Shown: positions 17,837 to 27,235 of the stretch, in pieces
Position numbering within the stretch: the stretch's first letter is position 1
Layout: every line of letters begins with the position of its first letter
NCBI GenBank assembly: GCA_030432695.1
Contig: JAUILN010000010.1
Location: forward strand, 114,910-178,909
Reading direction: 5' to 3'
DNA length: 64,000 nucleotides
From: a bacterium
GTDB taxonomy: Bacteria > Planctomycetota > UBA1135 > UBA2386
Notes under the pieces: model-generated
The model's database searches: none
What the model was told of the DNA's origin: nothing
Seen by the model: the letters and a program-made list of their open reading frames with translations, nothing else
Made by a program: the position numbers and the translations under genes

Positions 17837-18585
17837 TCGACCGCTCGTCTCGCCTCGTTCCGCTCCTGCTGCTCGGCAGCCTCGCACTGCTGGCAGCCGG
17901 CTGCGGCACCGGCCCCGCTCCGGCCGACGAGCACGCCGACCTGGTGTTCACGTTCATCCGGACCGGCCCGACGCCTCCTGCCGACCTCGGCGCCGAACGC
18001 ACCTCCGAGCTGTTCGCGGGTCACTTCGCCAACATGACCACGATGGCCGAAGCCGGACAGCTGTTGCTGGCCGGTCCCTTCGGCAGGCCGCCGGTCACCC
18101 CGGACCTCCGCGGCATCTTCGTGTTCGACACCGCCGACCTCGACCAGGGCCATCGCTGGGCCGAGACCGACCCGCCGTCGCAGGCCGGCCTGTTCCGCCT
18201 GGAGAGCTACCATTGGCACGCCGATGCCGACGTCCGCGAGGTGCCGGCGCGCGACCAGGCGATGCTCGCGGCACTCACCGAGGACGAGCGCGAGAACCCC
18301 GGCGCCACCGCCCGCTCCTACGTGCTCTGCATCGGAGCCGACGCGGCGGCGCTCGAGCCGCGCCTCGCGCCCTTCCGCGATGCCGGCGAACTCGGCCTGT
18401 TCGGCGTGCTCGGTGAAGGCACCGAGGGCGCACCCGACCGGACCGGCCAGGCTTTGTTCATCCTGGTGGCGGACACACCCGACGCGGCGCGGGCTCGCGC
18501 CGAGCAACTCGGCGTGGACCTCGACGGCGTCGAGATCCACCCCTGGTTCGCCAGCAAGGCGGTGCAGCAGCTCGCGCGCAACTGA
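17833..18585 (+). CDS. Lipoprotein with two YciI-like (DGPF) domains
   Basis: Lipobox LLAAGC. YciI-like motifs LFAGHFANMTTMAEAGQLLLAGPFG, with a second copy in the C-terminal half. Confidence 0.7.
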   Translation: MIDRSSRLVPLLLLGSLALLAAGCGTGPAPADEHADLVFTFIRTGPTPPADLGAERTSELFAGHFANMTTMAEAGQLLLAGPFGRPPVTPDLRGIFVFDTADLDQGHRWAETDPPSQAGLFRLESYHWHADADVREVPARDQAMLAALTEDERENPGATARSYVLCIGADAAALEPRLAPFRDAGELGLFGVLGEGTEGAPDRTGQALFILVADTPDAARARAEQLGVDLDGVEIHPWFASKAVQQLARN

Positions 18586-18616
18586 GCTCGCGGATTCGCG
18601 GGCTGCGGCGAAGGGC

Positions 18617-19684
18617 TCACGTCCCGAAGCGGACGATCACCTGCTGCGGCGTGACCGGCACGAGCCCGGTGCTCGCCGTCACCGGCGTGCAGATCACCTG
18701 GTGCGCCGGGATCCGCGGCGACGGGCCCGGCGGCAGCTTCAGGTGGAGACCGCGGGTCAGCGTCGCCGGACCGTTGATGCGGAAGCTCACGCCCTGCACG
18801 TAGACCTCGCCGTCGGCCATCGACGGCAGCCAGGGGAAGGTCCAGGACTGGAAGAACACGCCGTTGCGATCCGGGTTGCCGAGGACCACGGTGAGACCGT
18901 CCGTGTAGAGATCGGTCACGCAGCCGGCGGTCGGCACCGGCGCGGCCGGGTTCCGCAAGCCCAGGAGCAGGCCCGCCCAGTTGTCGCCCGGCGCGACCCG
19001 CGTATCGAGGACCATGGTCATCTCGGTGCCGGTGGGCAGGGTGGCGATCGGCGCGCTGATCCCGATCTCCCCCGCGGCGCAGGCCGGGCCGAAGCTGTAG
19101 CTCTGGGCCTGGTTGGGCACCGTGTAGCCCGTCGACTGCACCGCGTAGTCGCTGCCGAAGAAGCCGCCGAAGATCGGGCCGCCGGTGCGCGCGAAGGCCC
19201 GCGACTCCCACACCAGGTCGTGGCTGCCGCTGTGCGCGTACGGCGCATCGAGCGGGATCGTGATGTCCCAGGGCTCCACGAAGGGCTGCGAGATGCCGCC
19301 GCGCGCCGGCAGACTGACGATACGTCGCGCGACCACCGTGCTCGGGGAACCGAGGTAGTTCGCCGCGACGTCGTTGCCGGCGGTGGCGCGATCGCCATCG
19401 CCCATCCACAGCTCGAAGTCGACCGTCCCTGCCGGCACCGCCACCGCATCCTCGTGCGGCCGGAACGACAGGCTGCGGATCGTCATGGGTACGCCACGCA
19501 GGTCGTCGTGGATCTGCTGGTAGCGGATCGTCCCGGGCCAGTTGAACCCGCCACCGAAGGGCAGATCGTTGGCGGCATTGCCGCGGAAGTCGCGGTGGTA
19601 GGACGGCGAGACGAAGTCTTGGGCCGGCGTCGTCACGGCGAGCAGCGACGTGACGACTCCGGCGACGGCGGCGCGGCGGAACAT
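18617..19684 (-). CDS. Secreted hypothetical protein carrying the shared C-terminal domain
   Basis: Signal peptide. C-terminus ...PTAGCVTDLYTD...GEVYVQGVSF...VRFGT. Confidence 0.8.
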   Translation of the reverse strand: MFRRAAVAGVVTSLLAVTTPAQDFVSPSYHRDFRGNAANDLPFGGGFNWPGTIRYQQIHDDLRGVPMTIRSLSFRPHEDAVAVPAGTVDFELWMGDGDRATAGNDVAANYLGSPSTVVARRIVSLPARGGISQPFVEPWDITIPLDAPYAHSGSHDLVWESRAFARTGGPIFGGFFGSDYAVQSTGYTVPNQAQSYSFGPACAAGEIGISAPIATLPTGTEMTMVLDTRVAPGDNWAGLLLGLRNPAAPVPTAGCVTDLYTDGLTVVLGNPDRNGVFFQSWTFPWLPSMADGEVYVQGVSFRINGPATLTRGLHLKLPPGPSPRIPAHQVICTPVTASTGLVPVTPQQVIVRFGT

Positions 19685-19728
19685 CGAAGGAGGCTAGCCC
19701 GCCGCGAGCCCGAAGGCCGAAGGTCGTC

Positions 19729-20652
19729 TCAGCGCGGGACTCCGCTCCGACCGCGGGGCAGTCCTCCCGCGCCCAGTTCGTTCATCATGCGATACCCGAA
19801 GGGATCGACGAAGACGACCAGCACCTCGCCGGACTCCGGCAGCTGAATCCCGGTGACGACCAGAACCCGGGAGCGCTGGAGGATCGCATCGGCGCGCAGC
19901 TCCTGATGCAGGAACACCGGAACCTGCAATGCCAGCCGTCCCCCACCTGGCAGGCGACTGGAGACCTCGTGCATCCCACCGACGAGTTCCGAGGTCCGCA
20001 GTTCGAGATGGCAATCGAACTCGAGCAGACCGGTCTCGGAGTCGTGGGTCGCGACCTGCAGCAGCATCTGCAGGCCGCTACGCGCCTGGTCGACCCGCGG
20101 GTCGGCCATGAAACGCGCGCCATCGACCGTCAGGTCGAAGCCCTCCAGGTAGGAGACCTGGCTGAGCGCGTTGAAGCGCCCCGGGATCCCGTCGCTGACC
20201 ACCAGCGACGGACTCGCGAGTTCGGTCGCGTGTCCGGTCTCGAGAAGCGCGTCGATGCGCTCGTCGAGGCCGTCCCACGCCAACGTGCCGCCGGCGGGTG
20301 TCGCGCCCGCCAACGACGGCAGCGAGTCGAAGCCGAGGAAGCGCGACGCGACGTCGGGCGACATCGCCAGCATCCGCGTGTTCACCTCGTAGCTGTTGGT
20401 GGGAGCCACCGACGCACCGGTGCCCGCATCCAGTTCGACCGCCGGAACCGATCGCGCCAGCAGCGTGCCGCCCTCCGACCGCAACTCCTCGGTCCGGCCC
20501 GAAGTCAGGTTGCCCGAGTAGTCGACCGGGAACCGCTCCATCAACTCGAGGGGTTCCAGCGCAGCCTCGCGTGCGGCGTCAGGCGGCGACGCGCACCCGC
20601 TGAGCAAGAGGAGAGCGACCGGCCATCGGCCGGGACCACGGAGGACGCGCAT
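19729..20652 (-). CDS. Hypothetical lipoprotein
   Basis: MRVLRGPGRWPVALLLLSGCAS lipobox. Good coding bias. No confident family call. Confidence 0.65.
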   Translation of the reverse strand: MRVLRGPGRWPVALLLLSGCASPPDAAREAALEPLELMERFPVDYSGNLTSGRTEELRSEGGTLLARSVPAVELDAGTGASVAPTNSYEVNTRMLAMSPDVASRFLGFDSLPSLAGATPAGGTLAWDGLDERIDALLETGHATELASPSLVVSDGIPGRFNALSQVSYLEGFDLTVDGARFMADPRVDQARSGLQMLLQVATHDSETGLLEFDCHLELRTSELVGGMHEVSSRLPGGGRLALQVPVFLHQELRADAILQRSRVLVVTGIQLPESGEVLVVFVDPFGYRMMNELGAGGLPRGRSGVPR

Positions 20653-20763
20653 GGATTCGTGAGACTGCCGGGACCGCAGGAGGGGGTGGCCTTGCTCCTG
20701 CATGGTCGCCGGCCACGGCCACCGCCACAAGAGCAGGCCGGGCCCTGGCCCCGGCCCTGCAGG

Positions 20764-22146
20764 TCACCGGATTCCGATCACTGCGGTCCCGCCGTCCGAA
20801 GTCGTCGCGTTGCCGGGATTGGCACCCGGATCGAGTGCGAGAGCTTGCGTGTAGAAGCCGAGCCCCAGTGCCGCCGGATCGGTGGGCATCGTCAACGTGA
20901 ATGCTGCACGGCCATTGTTGCTGGGGATGCCTTGGTTCACGAACGGCTCGACCCGCAGCGAGCAACCGGTCAGGCCGAAGGCATCGAGAGCGAACGGCAG
21001 CTGAAAGCCACCCCAGTTGGTGTTCGAGAAGCCGATGAACGCCACCGTGGTCGTCGCCGGGATCCGCAGGTTGGTGAACGCGACCTCGAACGGCTCGCCG
21101 GCCCACGGCAGACCACCGACGTCGTGCAGTGGCGCCCGCCCATTCGAACCGACGCAACCGCCCCCGAAGGCTGCCCAACGAGCCGGGTGATCGGTCGAGA
21201 ACTCCCACAGGTCCGGGTTGCCGGTGAGGCCACCGAACATCACCACGCGCTCGCGCAGCGAGTCCCACACCATGTAGTCGTCGTAGCGGGCCGGCGGCAG
21301 GCTGACCGGCATCCGCTGCACCCAGTCGGCACCATCCCACTCCCAGGTGTCGGCGGTGCCGGTGCCGCCGAACATCACGATTCGTCGGCGCAGCAGGTCG
21401 GTGGCCATCGTGTGGTCGTAGCGCTGCGGCGGCGTGGTCACGGGCTGCAGCTGACGCCAGTCGACGCCGTCGAAGTACCAGGTGTCGGGGCCCTGCTGGT
21501 AACCGCTGAACAGCAGCACGCCGCCCCCCACCGGGTCCCACGCCATGTCGCTGGCGCGCCGGGCTGGCGGTGCGTTCTGGGTGTTGATCTGCCGCCAGTT
21601 CACGCCATCCCACTCCCAGGTGTCGTTCACGTCGGCGTTCGCGTCGATACCACCCCACATCACGGTGGTACCGCGGATCGGATGGAACACCATGCAGTGC
21701 GAGCGGCGCGCCGGCGGCGAGATGGCGGGAGACATCAACGACCAGTCCTGACCATCCCACTCCCAGGTATCGCTGGTGACCCCACTGGCGTCGAGCCCAC
21801 CGAACAGGACGACCCGGTTGCGGATCGAGTCGTAGACCATCGGGTGCGCGACCCGGATGCCCGGCGAGTTCAGCGGCTGGACCTGGGTCCAGTCGTTGCC
21901 GTCGTAGACCCAGGTATCCGCCAGCCGCTGTGTGCCGTCGTATCCACCGTGCAAGACGATGCGGTCATTGACGGTGTCGTAGGCCATTCCATGGCCGGCG
22001 CGACCGGTCGGAGTATTGGCCGGCGTCAGCGGCCGCCAGTCGACCTGCCCGGCGAGAGGGAGCGCCACGCCGGCGAAGACGCAGAACGTCGTGAGGCCGA
22101 GACGGAACGAAACGGACGAAGAGATCGAAGAGCGTGTCTGGGGCAT
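20764..22146 (-). CDS. Secreted Kelch-repeat beta-propeller protein with the shared C-terminal domain
   Basis: Signal peptide. Six or more Kelch-like blades (DTWVYDGNDW, DTWEWDGQDW, DTWEWDGVNW, DTWYFDGVDW, DTWEWDGADW, DLWEF). C-terminus FGGGCVG...LTGCSLRVEP...LGFYTQALALD...VIGIR. Confidence 0.85.
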   Translation of the reverse strand: MPQTRSSISSSVSFRLGLTTFCVFAGVALPLAGQVDWRPLTPANTPTGRAGHGMAYDTVNDRIVLHGGYDGTQRLADTWVYDGNDWTQVQPLNSPGIRVAHPMVYDSIRNRVVLFGGLDASGVTSDTWEWDGQDWSLMSPAISPPARRSHCMVFHPIRGTTVMWGGIDANADVNDTWEWDGVNWRQINTQNAPPARRASDMAWDPVGGGVLLFSGYQQGPDTWYFDGVDWRQLQPVTTPPQRYDHTMATDLLRRRIVMFGGTGTADTWEWDGADWVQRMPVSLPPARYDDYMVWDSLRERVVMFGGLTGNPDLWEFSTDHPARWAAFGGGCVGSNGRAPLHDVGGLPWAGEPFEVAFTNLRIPATTTVAFIGFSNTNWGGFQLPFALDAFGLTGCSLRVEPFVNQGIPSNNGRAAFTLTMPTDPAALGLGFYTQALALDPGANPGNATTSDGGTAVIGIR

Positions 22147-22264
22147 GCTTTCCTCCTCCGGGCCGCGGGAATCGCCGCCCGGGGAGGGGCACGGTAGCGC
22201 CGCGGAGCCCCGACCGCAGGTGCTCAGGCGTTCACGCGACGCCGCGCTCGTCTCGAAGCCTGCG

Positions 22265-22379
22265 CCACCGCTTCAGCGGCCCAGGACCCACCGCTTCAGC
22301 GGCCCAGGACCCACCGCTTCAGCGGCCCAGGACCCACCGCTTCAGCGGCCCAGGACCCACCGCTTCAGCGGCCGAGGAC
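22265..22379. repeat. 23-bp direct tandem repeat x5 (ccaccgcttcagcggcccaggac) in the intergenic region upstream of the Kelch gene
   Basis: Units at 22265, 22288, 22311, 22334 and 22357, the last with a G variant. Period is not a multiple of 3. Overlaps the stop of the 22365 gene. Confidence 0.85.
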
Positions 22380-23528
22380 CCATTGCTCTCCGGCGGTGTA
22401 GGAGAACGGGAAGGTCCCCTGCACCGAGTCGTCCACGACGAATCCCTGCCAGTAGATCAGCTCCGCGCAGAACGACAGCGACGCGGGCACCGGGACCTGC
22501 AGCGTCGAGACTCCCTGTGGATCGGTGACGCCGGTCAAGAAATCGAACTGGAGACCGCGTGGACCCGGCTGGATCAGGAAGGTCAGGTTGTCGACGACGG
22601 TGTTGGCGCGGTCGAAGCCGAACAACCAGATCACGAACGACCGCGGGCGGCCGAACGACAGTTCCAACTCGGCAGTCTCACCGATGCGCGGCAACGCCGA
22701 GGTGGCGATCTCCGGCACTCCGAGAACACCGGGCGCACCCTGGCCATAGGTGATCGACCGCGCCGCACCACACGGACCCGAATCGTGGTCGAGTCGCACC
22801 ACCAGAACGATCGGCAGGTCGGGCGGAACCGTCCGCTTCCAGCAGAAGCACGCGCTCTGGTCGCCGCGCAGCAGCGGGAGACCGGAGTTCGCGAGCCGCA
22901 GTCGACCGGGGTCGAGCAGCCCACATTCCGAGTCGCTGCTCGGCTGGACCTCCCAACGGTCGAGCTGGGTGGCGCGCACCCGCACCTGCTGCAAGGCGCA
23001 CTCGCCCACGATCGTCTGGTCGGGCCCGGAGCCGAAGGTCACGTCGGTCTCGGGGATGCAGGCATCGACATCCACGTAATGGAAGATCGTGATGCCGATC
23101 GGCTCGGAGGTGCGGTTGGTCAGCGTGAGCCGCGACTGCACCACGCCGGAAGCGCTACCGGTCGACAGGACCTCGATCCCCATCCGCGCACGCAGCCGGT
23201 CGCGGCCGCCGAGGTCGTCCCAGGCGAGATCGGCGCGTGGCCCGACGTAGGACTGCACCACGGTGCCGTCGTCGTGGAACGGCGTCTCCTCGGTCTCGTC
23301 GTCGAACCGGTACCACCAGCCCTGCTCGCGCAACACGTCGGGAGCGAACAGCGGATCGGCGGTGAAGTCGCAGTCCACCGTGTCGCCATCGGCACTCGGC
23401 AGCGCGTGGATGGTGTACTGGACGTTGCCGTCCTGGATGGTCCCCTGCGCATGGGCACAGGGGATCGCTACAGCGAGCCAGACGGCGAGCAGGACTGGCC
23501 TGGGGGTTCGAGCAGTCTCCTGGGACAT
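22365..23528 (-). CDS. Secreted hypothetical protein with a divergent copy of the shared C-terminal domain
   Basis: Signal peptide MSQETARTPRPVLLAVWLAVAIPCAHA. C-terminus LTGVTDPQGVSTLQVPVPASLSFCAELIYWQGF...WVLGR. The track ORF upstream of 23528 is spurious. Confidence 0.75.
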   Translation of the reverse strand: MSQETARTPRPVLLAVWLAVAIPCAHAQGTIQDGNVQYTIHALPSADGDTVDCDFTADPLFAPDVLREQGWWYRFDDETEETPFHDDGTVVQSYVGPRADLAWDDLGGRDRLRARMGIEVLSTGSASGVVQSRLTLTNRTSEPIGITIFHYVDVDACIPETDVTFGSGPDQTIVGECALQQVRVRATQLDRWEVQPSSDSECGLLDPGRLRLANSGLPLLRGDQSACFCWKRTVPPDLPIVLVVRLDHDSGPCGAARSITYGQGAPGVLGVPEIATSALPRIGETAELELSFGRPRSFVIWLFGFDRANTVVDNLTFLIQPGPRGLQFDFLTGVTDPQGVSTLQVPVPASLSFCAELIYWQGFVVDDSVQGTFPFSYTAGEQWVLGR

Positions 23529-23850
23529 CCCCTGATCATGTACGACCCGAGGAATCCCACCATCCCTCCCCCACGAACACGCGCCGCGGAAGGCCCTGAT
23601 CCGGCCCGCCGGGCCGCATCTCCGGGAGCCTCGCTCTCGTTCCGAGACGATCCGTCCCCGATCCGACCGCGCGCGCCAACCCGGGCTACCCTTCCTCGAA
23701 GTCCGCGCCTCCCCGCAGACCGACTCGACTGCCTCCGGGTGGTCGCGAGACCCTCTCCACGAGTCTCCCTCCCCTTCCCTCCCTGCCGGCCCGGGCCGCG
23801 CCGCTCCCCTCCGCGGCCCGGGCGACGGCTTTTCTCGCGGGCCGCGCGCA

Positions 23851-24468
23851 TCATTCGGAACGCGCGGCCTCGAGCAACGCGATCCAGGCCCCGACGTAGT
23901 GGCCGTGGTCGTGGTAGGTCCTGCCGCTGACCAGGTTGCCGTCCACGACACACGGCGCGTCGACGAACACACCACCACAGACTTCGAGATCGAAGCGGCA
24001 CTTCGGTACCGTCGCCATCCTCCGACCCGCGACGCAGCCGGCCGCCGCCGGGATCTCGACGCCGTGGCAGACGCTCGCGATCGGCGCACTCCGCTCGAAG
24101 AAGCGCCGCGTGATGCGCAGCAGGTGCTCGTCGTAGCGGAGGTACTCCGGCGCTCGGCCACCCGAGAAGAAGATGCCCAGGTAGTCGTCGGGCTCGATCT
24201 CGGCGAACGCCACGTCGGCGTCGATCGTGTAGCCCTCGAACTCGCGCGTGACCTCCCAGCCCGCGGCGAGTTCGTGCAGCACCATGTGGTAGCGCTTGCG
24301 CTGCGGTGCGGCGACCACGGGCTGGAAGCCGGCCTCCTGGAGCCGATAGTACGGATACAGCGTGTCGACCGTCTCGGTGGCATCACCGACGACGATCAGG
24401 ACCTCGGACTTCGTGGCGGCGCTCACCCCGCCATCGAACGCGGCACGCGATACCGGCACAAGCTGCAC
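23851..24468 (-). CDS. DJ-1/PfpI family protein (class I glutamine amidotransferase-like)
   Basis: VLIVVGD...IASVCHG nucleophile Cys elbow. GTG start immediately follows the upstream gene's stop. Confidence 0.8.
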   Translation of the reverse strand: MQLVPVSRAAFDGGVSAATKSEVLIVVGDATETVDTLYPYYRLQEAGFQPVVAAPQRKRYHMVLHELAAGWEVTREFEGYTIDADVAFAEIEPDDYLGIFFSGGRAPEYLRYDEHLLRITRRFFERSAPIASVCHGVEIPAAAGCVAGRRMATVPKCRFDLEVCGGVFVDAPCVVDGNLVSGRTYHDHGHYVGAWIALLEAARSE

Positions 24469-24999
24469 TCACTTGTCCTGCGACGGGAAGCGGCCGGTGA
24501 TCCGACCCTCGGTGTCGTAGAACGTGAGCCGGCCCTCGTCCTTCCAGTACAGTACCGCGGCACCCTTGGACTCCCGGCCGTGCAGCGCGAAGCCCGCGCC
24601 GCCGTGCTCGAAGAGAGCGGCCCCGAGTCGCGTGACGCCCTCGGGGTCTTCCAGGTAGAGGCCTCCACCGTCGTCGGTCCAGAACAACCGTACGCGGCCG
24701 CGCTGCTGGTCGTCGAGGAGGCGCAGGACCGGGTCACCGTCCTCGAAACCGAGTCTCGCGCGGACCGAGCCTCCTCCGTCGACGAGTTCGAAGGCCGAGG
24801 CCCGCAAGACCTGCTGCGGTTCTCGCTGCGGGTCCACCGCAGCGGCCGCGGGATCCGGACTCGGGTCCTGCCGCCAGCCAGCCGCGGCGAGCAGCCCCAC
24901 GCTCAGGGTGACGATCCACAACGCGAGCGAACCACGCGCCAGCGTCTCGAGGCGACGCAGGCGACGGTCATCGATTGCCACGGTGTCGGAAGTGTCCAT
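24469..24999 (-). CDS. Hypothetical single-pass membrane protein
   Basis: TM helix LALWIVTLSVGLLAAAGW. Strong GC3. Contiguous with the PfpI gene, so probably co-transcribed. Confidence 0.6.
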   Translation of the reverse strand: MDTSDTVAIDDRRLRRLETLARGSLALWIVTLSVGLLAAAGWRQDPSPDPAAAAVDPQREPQQVLRASAFELVDGGGSVRARLGFEDGDPVLRLLDDQQRGRVRLFWTDDGGGLYLEDPEGVTRLGAALFEHGGAGFALHGRESKGAAVLYWKDEGRLTFYDTEGRITGRFPSQDK

Positions 25000-25142
25000 C
25001 CGGGAATCGGAAGGTCACGCACTCCGGCTGGCAATGTCCGTCCCCTCGATTCGCGGCGCCGGAACCGAGCCCTGGGATCGAAGGAGAGACCTGCGGAAAA
25101 GTCCGGCGAGCGTCGCGCCCCCTGGCGCATGACCACATTGCC

Positions 25143-26087
25143 ATGCTCAACACGAAGAAGTGGACCCTCCTCGCGGCCTCGACCGCATTCCTCGCCGTCA
25201 GCTCGACCGTGGGGGCGCAGGGGACGCCCGCGCGGTTCAACACCAACATCTGGTATCGCCTCCAGACCCAGTTCCAGGGACCCGGCAAGGCGCTCGACGT
25301 GATCAACGACGGCGTCAACAACGACCGTCTGCACATGGTCGATGTCGGCCCTTACAGCGGCCAGTACTGGCGGTTGACGCCGGTTCAGGGCTTCCCCGGT
25401 GCCTACCGGATCTCCTCGCTCTGGCAAGGCGAGAACCTGCCGATCGACATCATCAACGGCGGCCCGAACGACAACGAGCCCATCCTGGCTCCGTTCGGCT
25501 CCACCAACGGGCAGTTCTGGTGGATGTACGAGATCCTGCCTCAGGCGCCGGGCCATTACTGGATGACCACGGGCTTCCGCGGACCGAACATGGCACTGGA
25601 AGGTGCGGCCATCAACGGCAACCAACCGCGGCTCGACCCGCGCGGGTTGTTCTCCGGTCAGGCGTGGCGCTTCGTGCCGATCATCTCGATCGACCCGGCC
25701 AGGACCACGCCATTCGGCACCGGCTGCAATGCCGGCAGCGGCAATCTGACCCTGACCACGAACGACCCATGGGTCGGGGAACGCCTGACCGGCGCGGTGC
25801 GCAACCTGCCCGCCGATGCCCCGGCCTGCGAGCTGTTCTTCGGACTGCGCCTGAGCGCGCCGTTGCCGATCTACCAGTCCCCTGGATGCAGCCTGCTCGT
25901 CGATCCGGCCGTCCAGGTGACCCTGCCAGCCGTGAACGGCACCTGCACGATCGACCTGCCGATCCCAGGTGACTCCAACCTGGTCGGCGGAGTGCTGCCG
26001 ATCCAGGCCCTGGCGATCCGACCGCGCGGCGCCGCACCACGGATCCCGGCGACCAACGGCGTCGAGCTGAAGTTCGGGCTCCGCTGA
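25143..26087 (+). CDS. Secreted ricin-B-like (beta-trefoil) lectin with the shared C-terminal domain
   Basis: Signal peptide. Three QxW repeats (GQYWRL, GQFWWM, GQAWRF). C-terminus FGTGCNAG...SPGCSLLVDP...LPIPGDSNLVGGVLPIQALAIRP...KFGLR. Confidence 0.85.
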   Translation: MLNTKKWTLLAASTAFLAVSSTVGAQGTPARFNTNIWYRLQTQFQGPGKALDVINDGVNNDRLHMVDVGPYSGQYWRLTPVQGFPGAYRISSLWQGENLPIDIINGGPNDNEPILAPFGSTNGQFWWMYEILPQAPGHYWMTTGFRGPNMALEGAAINGNQPRLDPRGLFSGQAWRFVPIISIDPARTTPFGTGCNAGSGNLTLTTNDPWVGERLTGAVRNLPADAPACELFFGLRLSAPLPIYQSPGCSLLVDPAVQVTLPAVNGTCTIDLPIPGDSNLVGGVLPIQALAIRPRGAAPRIPATNGVELKFGLR

Positions 26088-26418
26088 AGGCAAACCCCAG
26101 TCCGGGCTCGATTCGCCTGGGAGGTCGGGTCACGGGACCCGTTCCGATCCAGTGCGTGCCAAGACTCCAGAAACACGAGTGCTCAGCTCGAAGCCGCGAA
26201 TCCCAGCCGAATCGGTGGATTGGGCGAGCCTGCGCACCGAGGAGCACTGTACGGGGAGATCCTGGGTGCGAGGGCGCGTGCTGGGCGGAACGGTCTGCCG
26301 TGACACGGCCTCCCAGGGCCGGGGTGCACGCCGCCCCGTCCACGCGACCGCGCCACGCCGCATCGCGAGAGCCTCGGATCTGTGCACCCACTCTCGGCCC
26401 CTGGGCTACCATCCCTGC

Positions 26419-27204
26419 GTGACTGCACCACTCGACGACAGCCCGGTCGCTCCGGACATGGTGGAACGGCTCCGCAGCTTGGCTCCTTGGCATATGGACC
26501 TCGTGCTGCGGTGCGGCACACGGACGGTAGCCGGCAACCTGTGCAACTACGCGGAAGCCGACCACGAACACGTGATCGCGATCGACCCCGACGAGCTTCG
26601 CTCGACGCTCGAACACCTCTACCCCGAGGGCCTGGCTGGCAGGAGCTTCCTCGACGTCGGCTGCAATGCGGGCGGCTACAGCTTCCTCGCCCGGAGCCTC
26701 GGCGCGAGCCGGACCCTCGGCTTCGACGTCCGCGAGCACTGGATCAGGCAGGCCCGCTTCGTTGGCGAACACTGGGATGGTGACACCTCCAACATGCGCT
26801 TCGAGGTCGCCCACATCCATGACGTCGACCTGAGCGACGGCTTCGACCTGACGCTGTTCAAGGGCGTGTTCTACCACCTGCCGGCGCCGATCCACGCGCT
26901 GCTGCGGCTGTGCGACGCGACCCGCGACGTGATCATCGTGGACACGGCCTCACGTAGCGACATCCCCGAGAACGCGCTCGTCACCAACTTCGAGAGCCGT
27001 AGCCACGTGATGTCGGGTGTCGATGGCCTGGCGTGGATGCCCGGCGGACCTCGCGCGGTGATCGACATCCTGACCCACGCGGGTTTCCAGGACTGCCACG
27101 TCGCCTTCTGGCTGAAGGAACTGGCAATGGGTCCGCGCCCGGAGCTGGGTCGGTTCCGGGTGATCGCCGCGCGGCAACCAGGGCGTCTGGCGGCACCGAG
27201 CTGA
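26419..27204 (+). CDS. Class I SAM-dependent methyltransferase
   Basis: Motif I FLDVGCNAGGYSF. Start is GTG 26419 or ATG 26458. The region upstream in the track ORF has AT-rich third positions. Confidence 0.75.
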   Translation: MTAPLDDSPVAPDMVERLRSLAPWHMDLVLRCGTRTVAGNLCNYAEADHEHVIAIDPDELRSTLEHLYPEGLAGRSFLDVGCNAGGYSFLARSLGASRTLGFDVREHWIRQARFVGEHWDGDTSNMRFEVAHIHDVDLSDGFDLTLFKGVFYHLPAPIHALLRLCDATRDVIIVDTASRSDIPENALVTNFESRSHVMSGVDGLAWMPGGPRAVIDILTHAGFQDCHVAFWLKELAMGPRPELGRFRVIAARQPGRLAAPS

Positions 27205-27235
27205 GGATCACGGACCGCGGTGGCAGAATCCTCGC

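Noticed and set aside
19906-22197. 763-aa plus-strand ORF
   Set aside because: Antisense to the Kelch-repeat gene and the lipoprotein gene. Low-complexity content.
22134-23930. 598-aa plus-strand ORF
   Set aside because: Antisense to the 22365-23528 secreted-protein gene. Partly translates the 23-bp repeats in three phases.
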